DNA of 64,000 nucleotides, taken from positions 1,664,001 to 1,728,000 of the forward strand of contig CAWCYI010000004.1 of assembly GCA_963799845.1 (NCBI GenBank), written 5' to 3'. Position numbers and translations under genes: made by a program. Source of the stretch: an uncultured Nitrososphaerota archaeon. GTDB lineage: Archaea; Thermoproteota; Nitrososphaeria; Nitrososphaerales; CADDZS01. Of this stretch, positions 41,011 to 51,424 are shown one piece after another. Numbering within the stretch: position 1 is the first letter of the stretch; the number at the start of each line of letters is the position of its first letter. Below the pieces are notes generated by a model. The model worked only from the letters and a program-made list of their open reading frames with translations, searched no databases and had not been told where the DNA came from.

Positions 41011-41442
41011 AGGTCGTTAACTTCCCAACTTTGAGAATTAATCAGATTCGTTCCTTATAAATTGTGAACAATTGCAGATTGAACTTCTTCCAGAGAGTTT
41101 CCGAATTAGAAGAATGAACCTTTAGCGGTAGCGTTTTCGACACCCTCGCTACTCTTCTACACACACACCAATAGATGAAGTTCAAACAGTTTCAAAATAC
41201 TTGTTCGTAGTTCGTTCTTCAATGGGGTCTATGACTCTGAACGATACTAACGGAACGAAACGCTAAATCGCAATATGTGGGCGTCACTGATGTGACCTTA
41301 TTCCACACCGCCGCATATCGATTTTAGCAAATACTATTGGATGGGCAGGGCAGTTGTGTGGTGGGGATTAGGCATCATCACTACCTATAGGTCGATCGAA
41401 GGTATCATCGATAACTTCGGCCTCTTCTCAATCTCTGCAACT

Positions 41443-42255
41443 TTACGGTTGCCGCCATCTCGCCTTGAAAGCCGCAAGACCAAACAAGAAAATCGTCGAT
41501 CCCAAAAGCACTATCCAGCTCAGAGCAATCTGGCTTGACGAATACGACTGCAGTCCGAACGCCGCTTGCATGAGAATTGAAAGATGGGTCGTGGGAACGA
41601 AATACGCAAGGAACCTGTAATTGGAAGGGATAACGTCGATTGGATAGAAAACTGGTGGGACTACGGTCAGTACCGTCGATACGAGCGAGGTAACCGAGAA
41701 GGCGCTCCTGCTCCTGAGGATGAACGTCGAAAGAAAGAATCCCAGGGCAGAGGAGAGTACCCAGGCTAGAAGCATGACGAGAATTACAATGGGAAAGCTC
41801 CAGTTTATCAGTCCCTGATATCCAAAGAAGGCAATCAACACGGCAAGGGACGGCGTGACGAAGGTGAGCTCCCCAAGGCTCAGACCAACCATATAGTCAA
41901 CCGCCCGCAGCGGCGATGCAACGCAAAAATCTTGGAACTTGAACTGGAGCCTGTTATACGTCGCATCCGCTCCCAGGAAAAGTCCCGCCCCGACAAGAAT
42001 CGAGATTGTGGCTCCAATCAGCCCGTACGGGAGATACTGTTTACCGCCGACGACGAACAGGAAAAACAACACCGTGAAGGGAGTCGTCGAACTGAACACG
42101 ATGAAACCGGGTGAGCGGATGACGACGAGAATCCCGGTGTAGTAAGAAAGCGCCCCTATCGCCCTAATTCTTGAGGAAAAATCGCGCCTCTGCGGTCTCG
42201 GACGATCAATTCCATTTTTTCCCTCCTCAATCGTTTCCAAAGTTCCGCTACTCAC
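41443..42255 (-). CDS. ABC-2 exporter permease
   Basis: Six TM segments, PPVFYP, PTTH. Confidence 0.85.
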   Translation of the reverse strand: MSSGTLETIEEGKNGIDRPRPQRRDFSSRIRAIGALSYYTGILVVIRSPGFIVFSSTTPFTVLFFLFVVGGKQYLPYGLIGATISILVGAGLFLGADATYNRLQFKFQDFCVASPLRAVDYMVGLSLGELTFVTPSLAVLIAFFGYQGLINWSFPIVILVMLLAWVLSSALGFFLSTFILRSRSAFSVTSLVSTVLTVVPPVFYPIDVIPSNYRFLAYFVPTTHLSILMQAAFGLQSYSSSQIALSWIVLLGSTIFLFGLAAFKARWRQP

Positions 42256-43208
42256 TATCCTCTTCCTCCCCCTCGCCCACGAGATCTATGAAAACGTCAT
42301 CCAGGCTGACGGGAGAAACGTTCGCGCTCACCTTTCTTTCAATTGCGAGCGAAGCAAGCCTGCCGGCTCTCTGCTCGTCGGTGAGCACTCTGTAATTGTC
42401 TCCGATCCTCATCACTTTCCCGAAGGACCTCAACTCGTCTTCGTAAAATCCCGAAGCGATGTCCACCCGCATAGTTTCCCTGAGCGAGGACTTTCAGCTC
42501 TGAGACGGTGCCGACTCTCAGGAGCCTCCCCTTTGAAACGATTGCTATCTTGTCTGATATCGACTCCGCCTCGTCGAGGTAGTGGGTCGTGAGGAGTATC
42601 GTTTTCCCCACGTGCTTCAGGTTAACTATCATCTTCCAGACCTCGCGTCTTGCGACGGGATCGAGACCGATCGTGGGCTCGTCAAGGAAGATCAGTTGGG
42701 CTTCTGTCGCGAGCGCCATCGCAACGAGAGTCCGCTGCCTCAATCCGCCGCTCAATTCGTCTGCATGAACGTTTGAGTACGGCGAAAGACCGAGGCTCGC
42801 CAGAGTTTTTCTCGCCTGCGGTCTCGCGTCGCTAAAGTGCCAGCCGCGAGAAGTGAGGCTCATCATCACGTGGTCGTAAGGAGTCAAGGATTCAAACGTC
42901 CTCATCTCTTGAGGGACGGCAGCGATTCTCTCCCTGACCTCCGTGGTCTGGTTTACAGCGTCAAATCCGAGAACTGTGATTTTCCCTGAAGTCGGTTTCA
43001 GCTGTGTTGCAGCCATCCGGAGAAAGGTTGTCTTTCCGGCTCCATTTTTTCCCAGAAGCGTGAATATCGTAGCCCTTGGAATCGTAAGGGTCATGTCCTG
43101 CAGAGCAGGCCTCGATGACCTGCCGTATGTCTTGGATAGAGAAACGCACTCTATCGCAATGTCAGAAGAATCGAGCCGCTGCATGAAGTAGTTTGGAGTA
43201 AAAATCAA
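42248..43208 (-). CDS. ABC exporter ATP-binding protein; frameshift near 42480
   Basis: GKNGAGKTT, LSGG, LDEPT; C-terminus SLDDVF lies in ORF 42248-42472. Confidence 0.88.
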
Positions 43209-43319
43209 TCGAGAAAAGGATTATCGTTCGGTGGGCTCGTCCTGGACTGGTTACTGACCTCAGACACGGAACTGCTCAGTCTTCGCTTGACGACTCATCA
43301 AGTACAGCCGAGATCTTTC

Positions 43320-43637
43320 TTACGCCAAGGCAGTTTCAAGTTCCTTGTCGTATTCCATCCTCGAAATCACGAGACATTTATGCCGAATTGTGTGGATGGG
43401 GCAGAGGAAAGAGCCGCACGCACAATAAAATGACGCTATTTCCTTTGAAGAAAGTTCTTCGGCGAGACACACGAGGCAATAAATCGTTTTCCCGATAACT
43501 TTTATCGACTGTCTAACTTTCTTTGAAGGCTCGGCATAATCGAGCTGCTCATCGTTCCTTTCCGTGTCGTTTCCCTTTTCGTTCTTATTGTTGTCTATCA
43601 GGTAAAAAGAAATTATGAGTTTTAGAGACGTATTCAA
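43320..43637 (-). CDS. small B-box-like zinc finger protein, paralog of 57036-57257
   Basis: QSIKVIGKTIYCLVC...ASFYCACGSFLCPIHTIRHKC. Confidence 0.7.
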   Translation of the reverse strand: MNTSLKLIISFYLIDNNKNEKGNDTERNDEQLDYAEPSKKVRQSIKVIGKTIYCLVCLAEELSSKEIASFYCACGSFLCPIHTIRHKCLVISRMEYDKELETALA

Positions 43638-43908
43638 GTTAGGATATTAGAGCACCTTTATTGAAAGCTGGAGCTCGGCTTCATTGCTTGAATCATTAAC
43701 ACTTACGGATTGATCAACCCTTCTTGCAACAATTATTAGCTCTTCTTGACTCTAGTAATCTAACTGCTTGGCCCGATTTCACTCCCATGAAAATCTAGTT
43801 CTCGACTTTCAGATGATGACCGGACTTCGATCTGGCTGATTTCCTTTTCGAGAACCAGTCACAAGACAGGATAACAATTAAGACTTCACGATTTTCAAAT
43901 CTGTTCCG

Positions 43909-44436
43909 ATGAAGATTCTAGGAATCTCAGGAAGCAACCGAAGGGGATCATTCAACACAGCTCTTCTTGAGGAAGCGAGGAGAATGGTTCCGGAGGGTAG
44001 TACTCTTGGAATTTTTGACGTGTCAACTTTTCCACTATTTTCACAAGACATCGAGCGAAACCCGCCTGAAATTGTCCGCGAATTCAAACAATCTATCAGA
44101 GCGGCGGACGCAATTCTGATCGCTTCTCCCGAACACAACTACACAATCTCTGCCGTGCTAAAGAACGCGATCGAGTGGGGCAACAGACCCGGCGAAGACA
44201 ATTCTTGGGACGGCAAGCCGGCGGCAATAATCAGTGCGTCAAGCGGTGTCAGGGGAGGCGTCAGGTCGCAACTGCATCTCAGGCAGATAATGGTTGATCT
44301 TAACATGTATCCAATCAACGACCCGGAACTCCTGCTCGGAGGGGCGAGAGAAGCTTTTGATAGTGATTTGAGGCTAAAGGACGAAGCTGCAAAACAGCTG
44401 TTGAGAAAGGTCCTCGAAAATCTCGAAAATAAATAA
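43909..44436 (+). CDS. NADPH-dependent FMN reductase
   Basis: GISGSNRRGSFN, SPEHNYTI, LKNAIEW, SSGVRGG. Confidence 0.92.
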   Translation: MKILGISGSNRRGSFNTALLEEARRMVPEGSTLGIFDVSTFPLFSQDIERNPPEIVREFKQSIRAADAILIASPEHNYTISAVLKNAIEWGNRPGEDNSWDGKPAAIISASSGVRGGVRSQLHLRQIMVDLNMYPINDPELLLGGAREAFDSDLRLKDEAAKQLLRKVLENLENK

Positions 44437-44533
44437 CTAGTGACTCAACAACGAGGGGACTTGGAAGACGACACGACCTAGCGATAATATTGTCTCGGGG
44501 AGATCTGTCGCAGCTCTTGTCGCCGCGCGATCC

Positions 44534-45655
44534 GTGTACGCCATAAACTGGCTGAACGTCGGCGCGATATACTATCTGATGGAGGCCGATCTGAAGGGCG
44601 GGGTCTCAGGGCTGGGAACGTTGACATCGAGTTTCTATCTCGGCATCGGGCTGCTGCAGGTTCCGGGAGGAATCCTCGCAGCAAAGTGGGGTCCAAAGAG
44701 AGTCGTGACGATTGGCATCATGGTATCCTCTTTTTCTTCGATTGGCGTGGCAGCTGCTTCGTCCATCACTGAGGCATCAATCCTGAGGTTTCTAGTTGGA
44801 GCTGGGATGGCGTTCGTATTCTCTCCTTCAATCGTCATCGCGGCCAGTTATTTAGGACATCACAGGTCAGGCATCAACGTGGGGCTGTTCAACTCTGCAT
44901 ACAGTGTGGGAGGAATTTTTGGTTTATTCGGATGGACAATCATTGCAACTGTCACCAGTTGGCGACCCAGCATTGTATTGAGCGGGGCGCTCGGAGTGAT
45001 TACCGGAATCCTAGTATTATTTGTGGTACCAAACGAGCACAATCTCTCCTTCAAGGTCGATACATCTAGATTGGTGAATATACTGAAGGACAAGAGCCTG
45101 ATATTGCTGGGAGTTGGAACTCTCAGCCTAACAACAGGAAACAATCTGATAGGGGCATTCATGGCTTACTATCTCGAAACCAATCTTGGAGTAGCCTCGA
45201 TTCCGGCATCATTGGTTGCTGCAATCGTTGTAGCAATGCCGATTTTCTCCGCTCTGATAGGTGGGAGAGAATACGACAGGACGAAAAAGCCCAGACTACT
45301 CATGATCGTTACTGACTTTGGAATTGCCAGTGCCTTAGTAATATGTGCGGTACATAGTCTAGACGCAGCAATAGTCGGCTGTACTGTAGCAGGCATCGTT
45401 TTTGGGATCGGATTGACAACCGCTTTTGCAGCTGCGAAAGATCTCAACAAGGAACCGAAGGAGTACGATACCCTTGCAATCTCCTGGGTGAACAGCCTAT
45501 CCCTCTTCGGAAATTTTGGGCCACCGCTCATTTTCTCTTATCTCGCGATTTCGTCGGGCTATACTGCGGCGTGGCTCGGCGGTTCAGCGATTGTGATTAT
45601 TCTGCTAATTCCACTGTTTTTCCTGACTGAAGGAATTGTTAGAAAGAGTTCTTGA
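44534..45655 (+). CDS. MFS transporter; true start probably near 44440 behind an indel
   Basis: QVPGGILAAKWGPK motif A, RFLVG, about 11-12 TM segments. Confidence 0.88.
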   Translation: MYAINWLNVGAIYYLMEADLKGGVSGLGTLTSSFYLGIGLLQVPGGILAAKWGPKRVVTIGIMVSSFSSIGVAAASSITEASILRFLVGAGMAFVFSPSIVIAASYLGHHRSGINVGLFNSAYSVGGIFGLFGWTIIATVTSWRPSIVLSGALGVITGILVLFVVPNEHNLSFKVDTSRLVNILKDKSLILLGVGTLSLTTGNNLIGAFMAYYLETNLGVASIPASLVAAIVVAMPIFSALIGGREYDRTKKPRLLMIVTDFGIASALVICAVHSLDAAIVGCTVAGIVFGIGLTTAFAAAKDLNKEPKEYDTLAISWVNSLSLFGNFGPPLIFSYLAISSGYTAAWLGGSAIVIILLIPLFFLTEGIVRKSS

Positions 45656-45875
45656 TTTCTGATTTTCGTCAGCAGAGCTTCCGAATTCTGGAAAAGAAAT
45701 TCATCTTTATCTCGTTGCGTGATGAACGCATTTCCACTCTCGTATTAGTCACATTTGACTTTCGATTGATCGTTGGGTGCTTTTGGGGGTAGAAGTCGGC
45801 CTTTATGACGTTCATCACGATATCGACTGCATCTTGGCGTGCAAGTTGCAACCCATCCTTGCGCACTGATTTTTT

Positions 45876-46235
45876 CTACCACTTGAAAAAATATCCTCGC
45901 TTACGAATCTCGGAATCAATTTCTTGTTTTCTAGCTCTTACGACTTTGGCAAAATTAATTAAACCCACGTCTGACCAACGCTTCAATTCTTTGGGAGTCA
46001 AGATCCAGTCAAACCGTGGACTTCCCAAGATTTCCGATCCTTTATCAAGAAACTCATCCATCTTTCGCCCTTCCTTGATACTAGACCGTGTCTTGACAAA
46101 CTCTGCTAGCGCCATACGAAATATGCTCGTAATGTCTCGTCCTTCGTTCTTTGCTATACTTAACGCGGCGTCAAGCACTTGCTTGTCTTGGGCGCGCATG
46201 TTAACGGGAATTGTCCATCGCGGCTGTGGCGCCAT
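45876..46235 (-). CDS. RHH-like DNA-binding protein
   Basis: TIPVNM...IAKNEGRDITSIFRMALAEF. Confidence 0.65.
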   Translation of the reverse strand: MAPQPRWTIPVNMRAQDKQVLDAALSIAKNEGRDITSIFRMALAEFVKTRSSIKEGRKMDEFLDKGSEILGSPRFDWILTPKELKRWSDVGLINFAKVVRARKQEIDSEIRKRGYFFKW

Positions 46236-46345
46236 TCTTGAACCAAGCACCGTCCCAAACTAAAAGCGATGAATGCGTGTATGCATGCACTGCTGCCTTA
46301 CCACTAATACCTTGTTACGGGGCGTCAATTGCTTTTTCCTTCCTC

Positions 46346-46819
46346 TTATTCTATCACAATTGCATCTTCATGAATCACGTACCTCGGGCTCCAATTATTC
46401 CCCTCCATAGCCGACCTGAGTAGTCCCTTCCGCGTTATTCTCCAAATGACTGCTGGTTGATCTTCATCGACAGCATAGATTTCCCCCTTCAGAACAAGAT
46501 TTTTCTTTGCAAACTTGATGACGCTGTCAACTATCTTCTTCCTTGAAGCGGAATACCTTGCCCTGCGATCGTCATCGTTAAGTTTGGGATACCAGACTCC
46601 GCCACTTACCTCTCGCAATGCGTCTCTTGTACGGACGCCATTTTGCGAGTTTTTGGCGAGGACTCTCAATATTGGAATTTCTGGACTTGTAGCTGCCGGC
46701 GAGGTTGCTCGTACCTTAACAATTATCTTTGTTGCTCCGATTCTCTTACGTTTAGTCGTATGATCACTTGTTGTCTTTTTTGCTGCTGACTTCTTTCTTG
46801 TTAGTTGAACTTCTTCCAT
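46346..46819 (-). CDS. stand-alone Mrr N-terminal-like winged-helix protein
   Basis: PILRVL...L.DDD...IKFAKKNL..KGEI...IWRITRKG; Lys/Thr-rich tail. Confidence 0.65.
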   Translation of the reverse strand: MEEVQLTRKKSAAKKTTSDHTTKRKRIGATKIIVKVRATSPAATSPEIPILRVLAKNSQNGVRTRDALREVSGGVWYPKLNDDDRRARYSASRKKIVDSVIKFAKKNLVLKGEIYAVDEDQPAVIWRITRKGLLRSAMEGNNWSPRYVIHEDAIVIE

Positions 46820-47107
46820 TTCTTATCGGTTCAAGAACCGCTTCTCAACTAACGTCTTCCATTAGGGTTGTGGTCACTATTCGCAGATGGGCTCGTCTGC
46901 AATAGCTAAAGTTGGGCGGATATCAGGGTATGTCATGTCATTGTGACAACACATCGAGACTTGCGAAATATTGAGATTCGTCCGGCGACTTGAAGCTGAC
47001 GACTGTGAAACGACACAAACAGACCTAATATTTTGAAAGAAATCGCTAAGATAAGACATCGAAATCGAGGCTGATCACTTGAATCGAAAAACAAAATTAT
47101 TCTATTT

Positions 47108-48167
47108 TCATGTTTTCTTAAATGCATATGAATAGCTGGGACTTACAACTTTACCGCCATCCACGATTAGATAATCTCTTTCGATCTGTCGGTTGTCAAG
47201 AAAACGAGTTAGAGAATCGAGGACGCCATCGGCGTAACGCTTCTGCGCCTCAAGTGATGTACCAGAGACGTGGGGTGTCATCGCATGATTTGGCATGTGT
47301 CGCCAAGGGTGGTCAGGAGGAGCGGGTTGAGGATACCACACATCTCCCGCGTATCCCGCGAGGTGTCCGCTTTCCATGGCTTCAACAAGAGCGTGTGTAT
47401 TCACAATCTTCCCCCGGGCAGTGTTCACCAAATAAGCTCCCTTTTTCATCTTGAAAAGTCGCTCCCGATTGAACAGGCCGTCGGTTTCCGGAGTCAGCGG
47501 GCAATGGATTGATATCACGTCGCACTGCGGAATCAGATCGTCCAAGAGAGCGTACCGTATGCCCAAAACGTGTTCCTCAACAGGTCCTGAGGCGCCTAAA
47601 ATCATAGTACAGCATTGAAACGTCGAACGCCCTAAGCCTGATGGCAAGTCTCTGACCGATCCTGCCGGCGCCGACAATTCCCACTGATTTTCCCTCGAGA
47701 TCGTGGGACTTTGAGGCAATTTCTCCAATGTCCCATCCCCCTTCAATTACGTCCTTGTACGCGGGCATGTAGTTTCTTACGAGTGCTAAAATTTGCATTA
47801 CCGCATGTTCAGCAACGCTGACTACATTGCACCCGGTTATCTCTGCTACCGTGACATTGTGCTCCGCCGCAGCGGCGAGGTCGATGTGATCAGAACCAAC
47901 TCCGGCGGTCAGAACGAGTCGAAGCTTCCGGGCATTTGCAATCCTTTCTTTGGTCACATAAGCCGGCCAGAAGGGAGTGGTTATCAAGACATCAGTGTCT
48001 GGAAGTTCCTTGTCGAGACCCTCTTCTTTGTCAGACGACGAAATAAACTCGATTCCTTTCTTCTGAAGAAATGGACGCAACCCTAGCGCGTTCTCGGCAC
48101 ACCCCAAAAGCTCGGGAGTCTGTTTTGCAGCAGGACCACCTGGATAGAGAATTGCAACGATTTTCAA
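47108..48167 (-). CDS. fdh: NAD-dependent formate dehydrogenase; frameshift near 47590
   Basis: LLGCAENALGLR, ITTPFWPAY, AGVGSDHIDL, GAGRIG, GDVWYPQPAP.DHPWR.MP, TPHVSG. Confidence 0.92.
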
Positions 48168-48389
48168 ATGTCTTCGACGGCACTAGGTCGAGAAATTCCC
48201 GGTAATAAATCACTTACGATTCAATCAACATCCGAGTTTTCAAGCTTTGAGTTTGCCCCGTCTTCGATCAATCATCATTTGGATATATCCCCGTTAGGAA
48301 AAACACCATTTGGGCATCTTTCGATATACGTATTGACGATAGTTGAACCTTAATAGTTCTCGAGTGGTATTTGTCCCAGTCTTTCCGGT

Positions 48390-49433
48390 TTGAGCGTCCA
48401 GCCAGCCCGAGGCATTGTGGGGTTTTTCAAGAGTCACACGATTTTACTTCTACTGATCCTCAGCCCCGGCATCCCCGAATACCTCTCGGGCTCCAGCGCT
48501 CTAAATTCGATCGTTCTGAACCCGATTTGGTTTGTTCTCGGCATCGTGGCCAACTTGGGTCTCTACGGCCCGGGAGTCTTGCTCATTAGAGAAGCGAACG
48601 TGCGGTGGCACAAGGGATGGGGGACGGTACTCTTGCTCGGCGCAGCCTACGGGATTCTCGAAGAGGGGATCGCTCTTAGCACGTTGTTCAATCCAACAGC
48701 AGGACCTGTAGGCCAACTTGGATTTTACGGCCACTGGCTCGGCGTGAACTGGATCTGGACTTCGGGGATTTTGACCGTGCACATGCTGTTCAGCATCTCC
48801 CTGCCAATTCTCCTTCTCGGGCTCACACTCCCGGAGACCAACGGGAAAAGCCTACTGAAATCCGACAGATCGATCGCGACTGCAATCGGCATTCTTTTCT
48901 TCGACGTGCTCATTCTGTTTTTCTTTATCCTTTTCGCAGAGCACTTCTGGATGGGAGCGCCGGTCTTTGCTTTCAGTTTCCTCGCCATAATCACTCTCAT
49001 CTACCTAGCCCGTAGGGCACCCGCGAGTGCTCTAACTCCGCGAAACGACAAACCAACAAAGAGTCCTTTCTGGTTTGGACTGATAGGCGCTTCATTTTAT
49101 CCCGCGATTCTTTTCTCAGAGTTCGGAGGGATGGGATTGCACCTGCCAGCGGTGATCGACGCTGCTCTGGTTGTAGCCGTTCAGGCTCTTTACCTAGTAC
49201 TTGTTCTGAGGATAGTCGGACAATCAAATAACGAACGAAACCTAATTGCACTCGCAGTAGGTCTGATAATCCCAATCGCTTTGTTCGGAATTATCTCAGA
49301 GATTCATCTGCCGATAATACTGGCCGGAGATCTCGTGGCAGGGATTTTCTTTTGGAAGCTGTGGAAAAAATATCCGCCAACAGATAGGATCGCCTCTCAG
49401 AACAAATCTGACCAGATTCGCATAAACAATTAA
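48390..49433 (+). CDS. multi-pass membrane protein
   Basis: PEYLSGS, LLLGAAYGILEEG; about 10 TM segments. Confidence 0.8.
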   Translation: MSVQPARGIVGFFKSHTILLLLILSPGIPEYLSGSSALNSIVLNPIWFVLGIVANLGLYGPGVLLIREANVRWHKGWGTVLLLGAAYGILEEGIALSTLFNPTAGPVGQLGFYGHWLGVNWIWTSGILTVHMLFSISLPILLLGLTLPETNGKSLLKSDRSIATAIGILFFDVLILFFFILFAEHFWMGAPVFAFSFLAIITLIYLARRAPASALTPRNDKPTKSPFWFGLIGASFYPAILFSEFGGMGLHLPAVIDAALVVAVQALYLVLVLRIVGQSNNERNLIALAVGLIIPIALFGIISEIHLPIILAGDLVAGIFFWKLWKKYPPTDRIASQNKSDQIRINN

Positions 49434-49548
49434 TTTCGTGGATCTCTCTAGTCAGGCTGTCCCTCGAGTTTCTGAAAGTGCATTTTTTGTAATCTCGTGC
49501 GCTTAAGAAAACATCAAAAGAGGATTCAGCTTACATCGCTCGTCAGAT

Positions 49549-50136
49549 TTGAGAAAGGAAAGAAAGTTTCTGATTGCAGCAGTAGGATCGCTTTTTGTTG
49601 GATTGATTTTGCTGGCGATCGCTTTTTCCCAGATAACTCAGAGTGCTTCCATCCTCAACACGACCGTCGATCTGAAAGCAGCTTCTCCCTATGGCTCCTA
49701 CGGGGTCTCAGCAAATTACTTCCTAAAAGGGAACAGCAACGGCACCATGAAAGGGAGCCTTCAGAGTTCTCAGTGCTGCGTAGATTTTTACATTTTCACC
49801 GATTCTTCGTGGAACAACTGGATTCCGAATAATCTCACGATAACTAATTCTTCAAACTCCCCAGTCCTCACAGTGAATTCATCTGCAATTGATTCCAAGA
49901 GCGGAGTCCCAGCATCTTTCTCTTTCATCCTAGATCCGAGCGCAACCTACATTCTGGCGTTCTACAACCTCAATAGATCTCTATGGAACAGCAGTTCCAA
50001 GGCCGTGTATCAAATAAAGTCCTACATTAGCATCGAGTATTCAGCAGCTCCTGACAAGTTTCTGATCTATCCCGCTGTCACCTTGCTGGCGCTTGCGATG
50101 ATATTGATCTTCGTGAGGACGAGATATCCCCGATAA
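49549..50136 (+). CDS. membrane protein with GOLD-like extracellular domain
   Basis: N- and C-terminal TM helices, VDFYIF...YILAFYN. Confidence 0.65.
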   Translation: MRKERKFLIAAVGSLFVGLILLAIAFSQITQSASILNTTVDLKAASPYGSYGVSANYFLKGNSNGTMKGSLQSSQCCVDFYIFTDSSWNNWIPNNLTITNSSNSPVLTVNSSAIDSKSGVPASFSFILDPSATYILAFYNLNRSLWNSSSKAVYQIKSYISIEYSAAPDKFLIYPAVTLLALAMILIFVRTRYPR

Positions 50137-50244
50137 CTTTCCTCTTTTTTTTCGAAATCCACAGGGAGCTTGAGATCGCCATATCTAGAACCAAGATATG
50201 ACATGAAATCCTTTTTTCCCTAATTATAGGAAAAGGAGAAATGA

Positions 50245-50628
50245 ATGGAAAGGGAGGCCGCGAGAGTGATAATCAGAGTCAAGATGAATATTTGTAACAC
50301 CCAGGAGCCAACAAGATGCACAGGTGATATAGAAGCAATTGTAGATAGCGGCTCCTTCAATACATGTATTCCGAAGGAACGAGCTCAAGCGATTGGATTG
50401 CTAGAGCTTGGGTACAAGAGATTTAGGACGATCAGTGGAGAAATTGTGGAGCGCCCATACGGAGCCGGGGTCTGCACCGTCGACGGCGCAAGAGGAGTAA
50501 GTGAAGTCGTATTCGGCGAAGCTTCCGATGCGACAGTTCTTGGGGCGCTGACGATTGAGGAACTTGGAATCAAGATCGACCCCAGGAACGGTAGGATAAC
50601 TAGGGAAGATGTGTTCCTCGCAGTCTAG
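50245..50628 (+). CDS. retropepsin-like (clan AA) aspartyl protease
   Basis: AIVDSGS and VLGALTIEELG..IDP. Confidence 0.85.
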   Translation: MEREAARVIIRVKMNICNTQEPTRCTGDIEAIVDSGSFNTCIPKERAQAIGLLELGYKRFRTISGEIVERPYGAGVCTVDGARGVSEVVFGEASDATVLGALTIEELGIKIDPRNGRITREDVFLAV

Positions 50629-50699
50629 CAACAAAGTACCGCGGCAATAATTTTTTACCCACTTTGGATCAGTCCAAGCTTGCCTTTTTGCAATGCTAC

Positions 50700-51010
50700 G
50701 AATACTTACATTCCTACTCGACGAAATCAGGCAGTTTTAGAATTTCCCGTAGGTCCATCTCCCTCTTCGTGTACCTGTGTACCCTCTTTGATTATCGAAG
50801 ACATTCTCTCACTTTCATTGATTTATTATGCAAATATTGACTACGTGCGCAACGGTGCAATTCTGCGTACCGAAGAGCTTGAAACGAGCTCTGTTGGCAA
50901 ATTCTAATGCCATGGTAGAGAATGGAGCTGCTTTTTCATCAACTGGCTAGAGTTGCTCTAACTCCGTATACTTCAGGTAGTCTTGTACCCGCAGACCTGA
51001 AAATCACCCA
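50700..51010 (-). repeat. dispersed non-coding repeat, copy A; ends approximate
   Basis: Reverse complement aligns with 59420-59680; dyad AGAGCTTGAAACGAGCTCT at 50874-50892. Confidence 0.75.
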
Positions 51011-51028
51011 GATGGCAAATAGCGCCGA

Positions 51029-51277
51029 TCAAATATGAGGAATCGGGTGATAGCTGTCCAGCTCAACTTCTTCAAAGACAAACTGATCGTTGAATGACTC
51101 CCAATCTTCTCTTGAGATTTTTGCCCTGATTTTTTCAATAGCTGTTTCGCGCGAAGAGAACACTCCAAAGATCATATCCACGACGGTCTCACTGTCAGTC
51201 GCAGCTTGCCACTGCGATGGCCAGTAGGCGATCCAGAGATTCACTGATTCCATCCCATATTCTCGGGATCTTCCCAT
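51029..51277 (-). CDS. small acidic hypothetical protein, virus-like pattern
   Basis: GVFSSRETA...EEVELD. Confidence 0.55.
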   Translation of the reverse strand: MGRSREYGMESVNLWIAYWPSQWQAATDSETVVDMIFGVFSSRETAIEKIRAKISREDWESFNDQFVFEEVELDSYHPIPHI

Positions 51278-51424
51278 ATCAAATCTGTTTCCGTCAATTG
51301 CCAGAGTTTCTATCCAAAATGAGCTAGGTTCGTCGCCCTCTACTTAAATAACGTGAAATCTAAAATTTCTCCGCCCAATTTTTTTGGGCATACATTTCCT
51401 CAAAAAATTAGAAGTGATAGAAAA

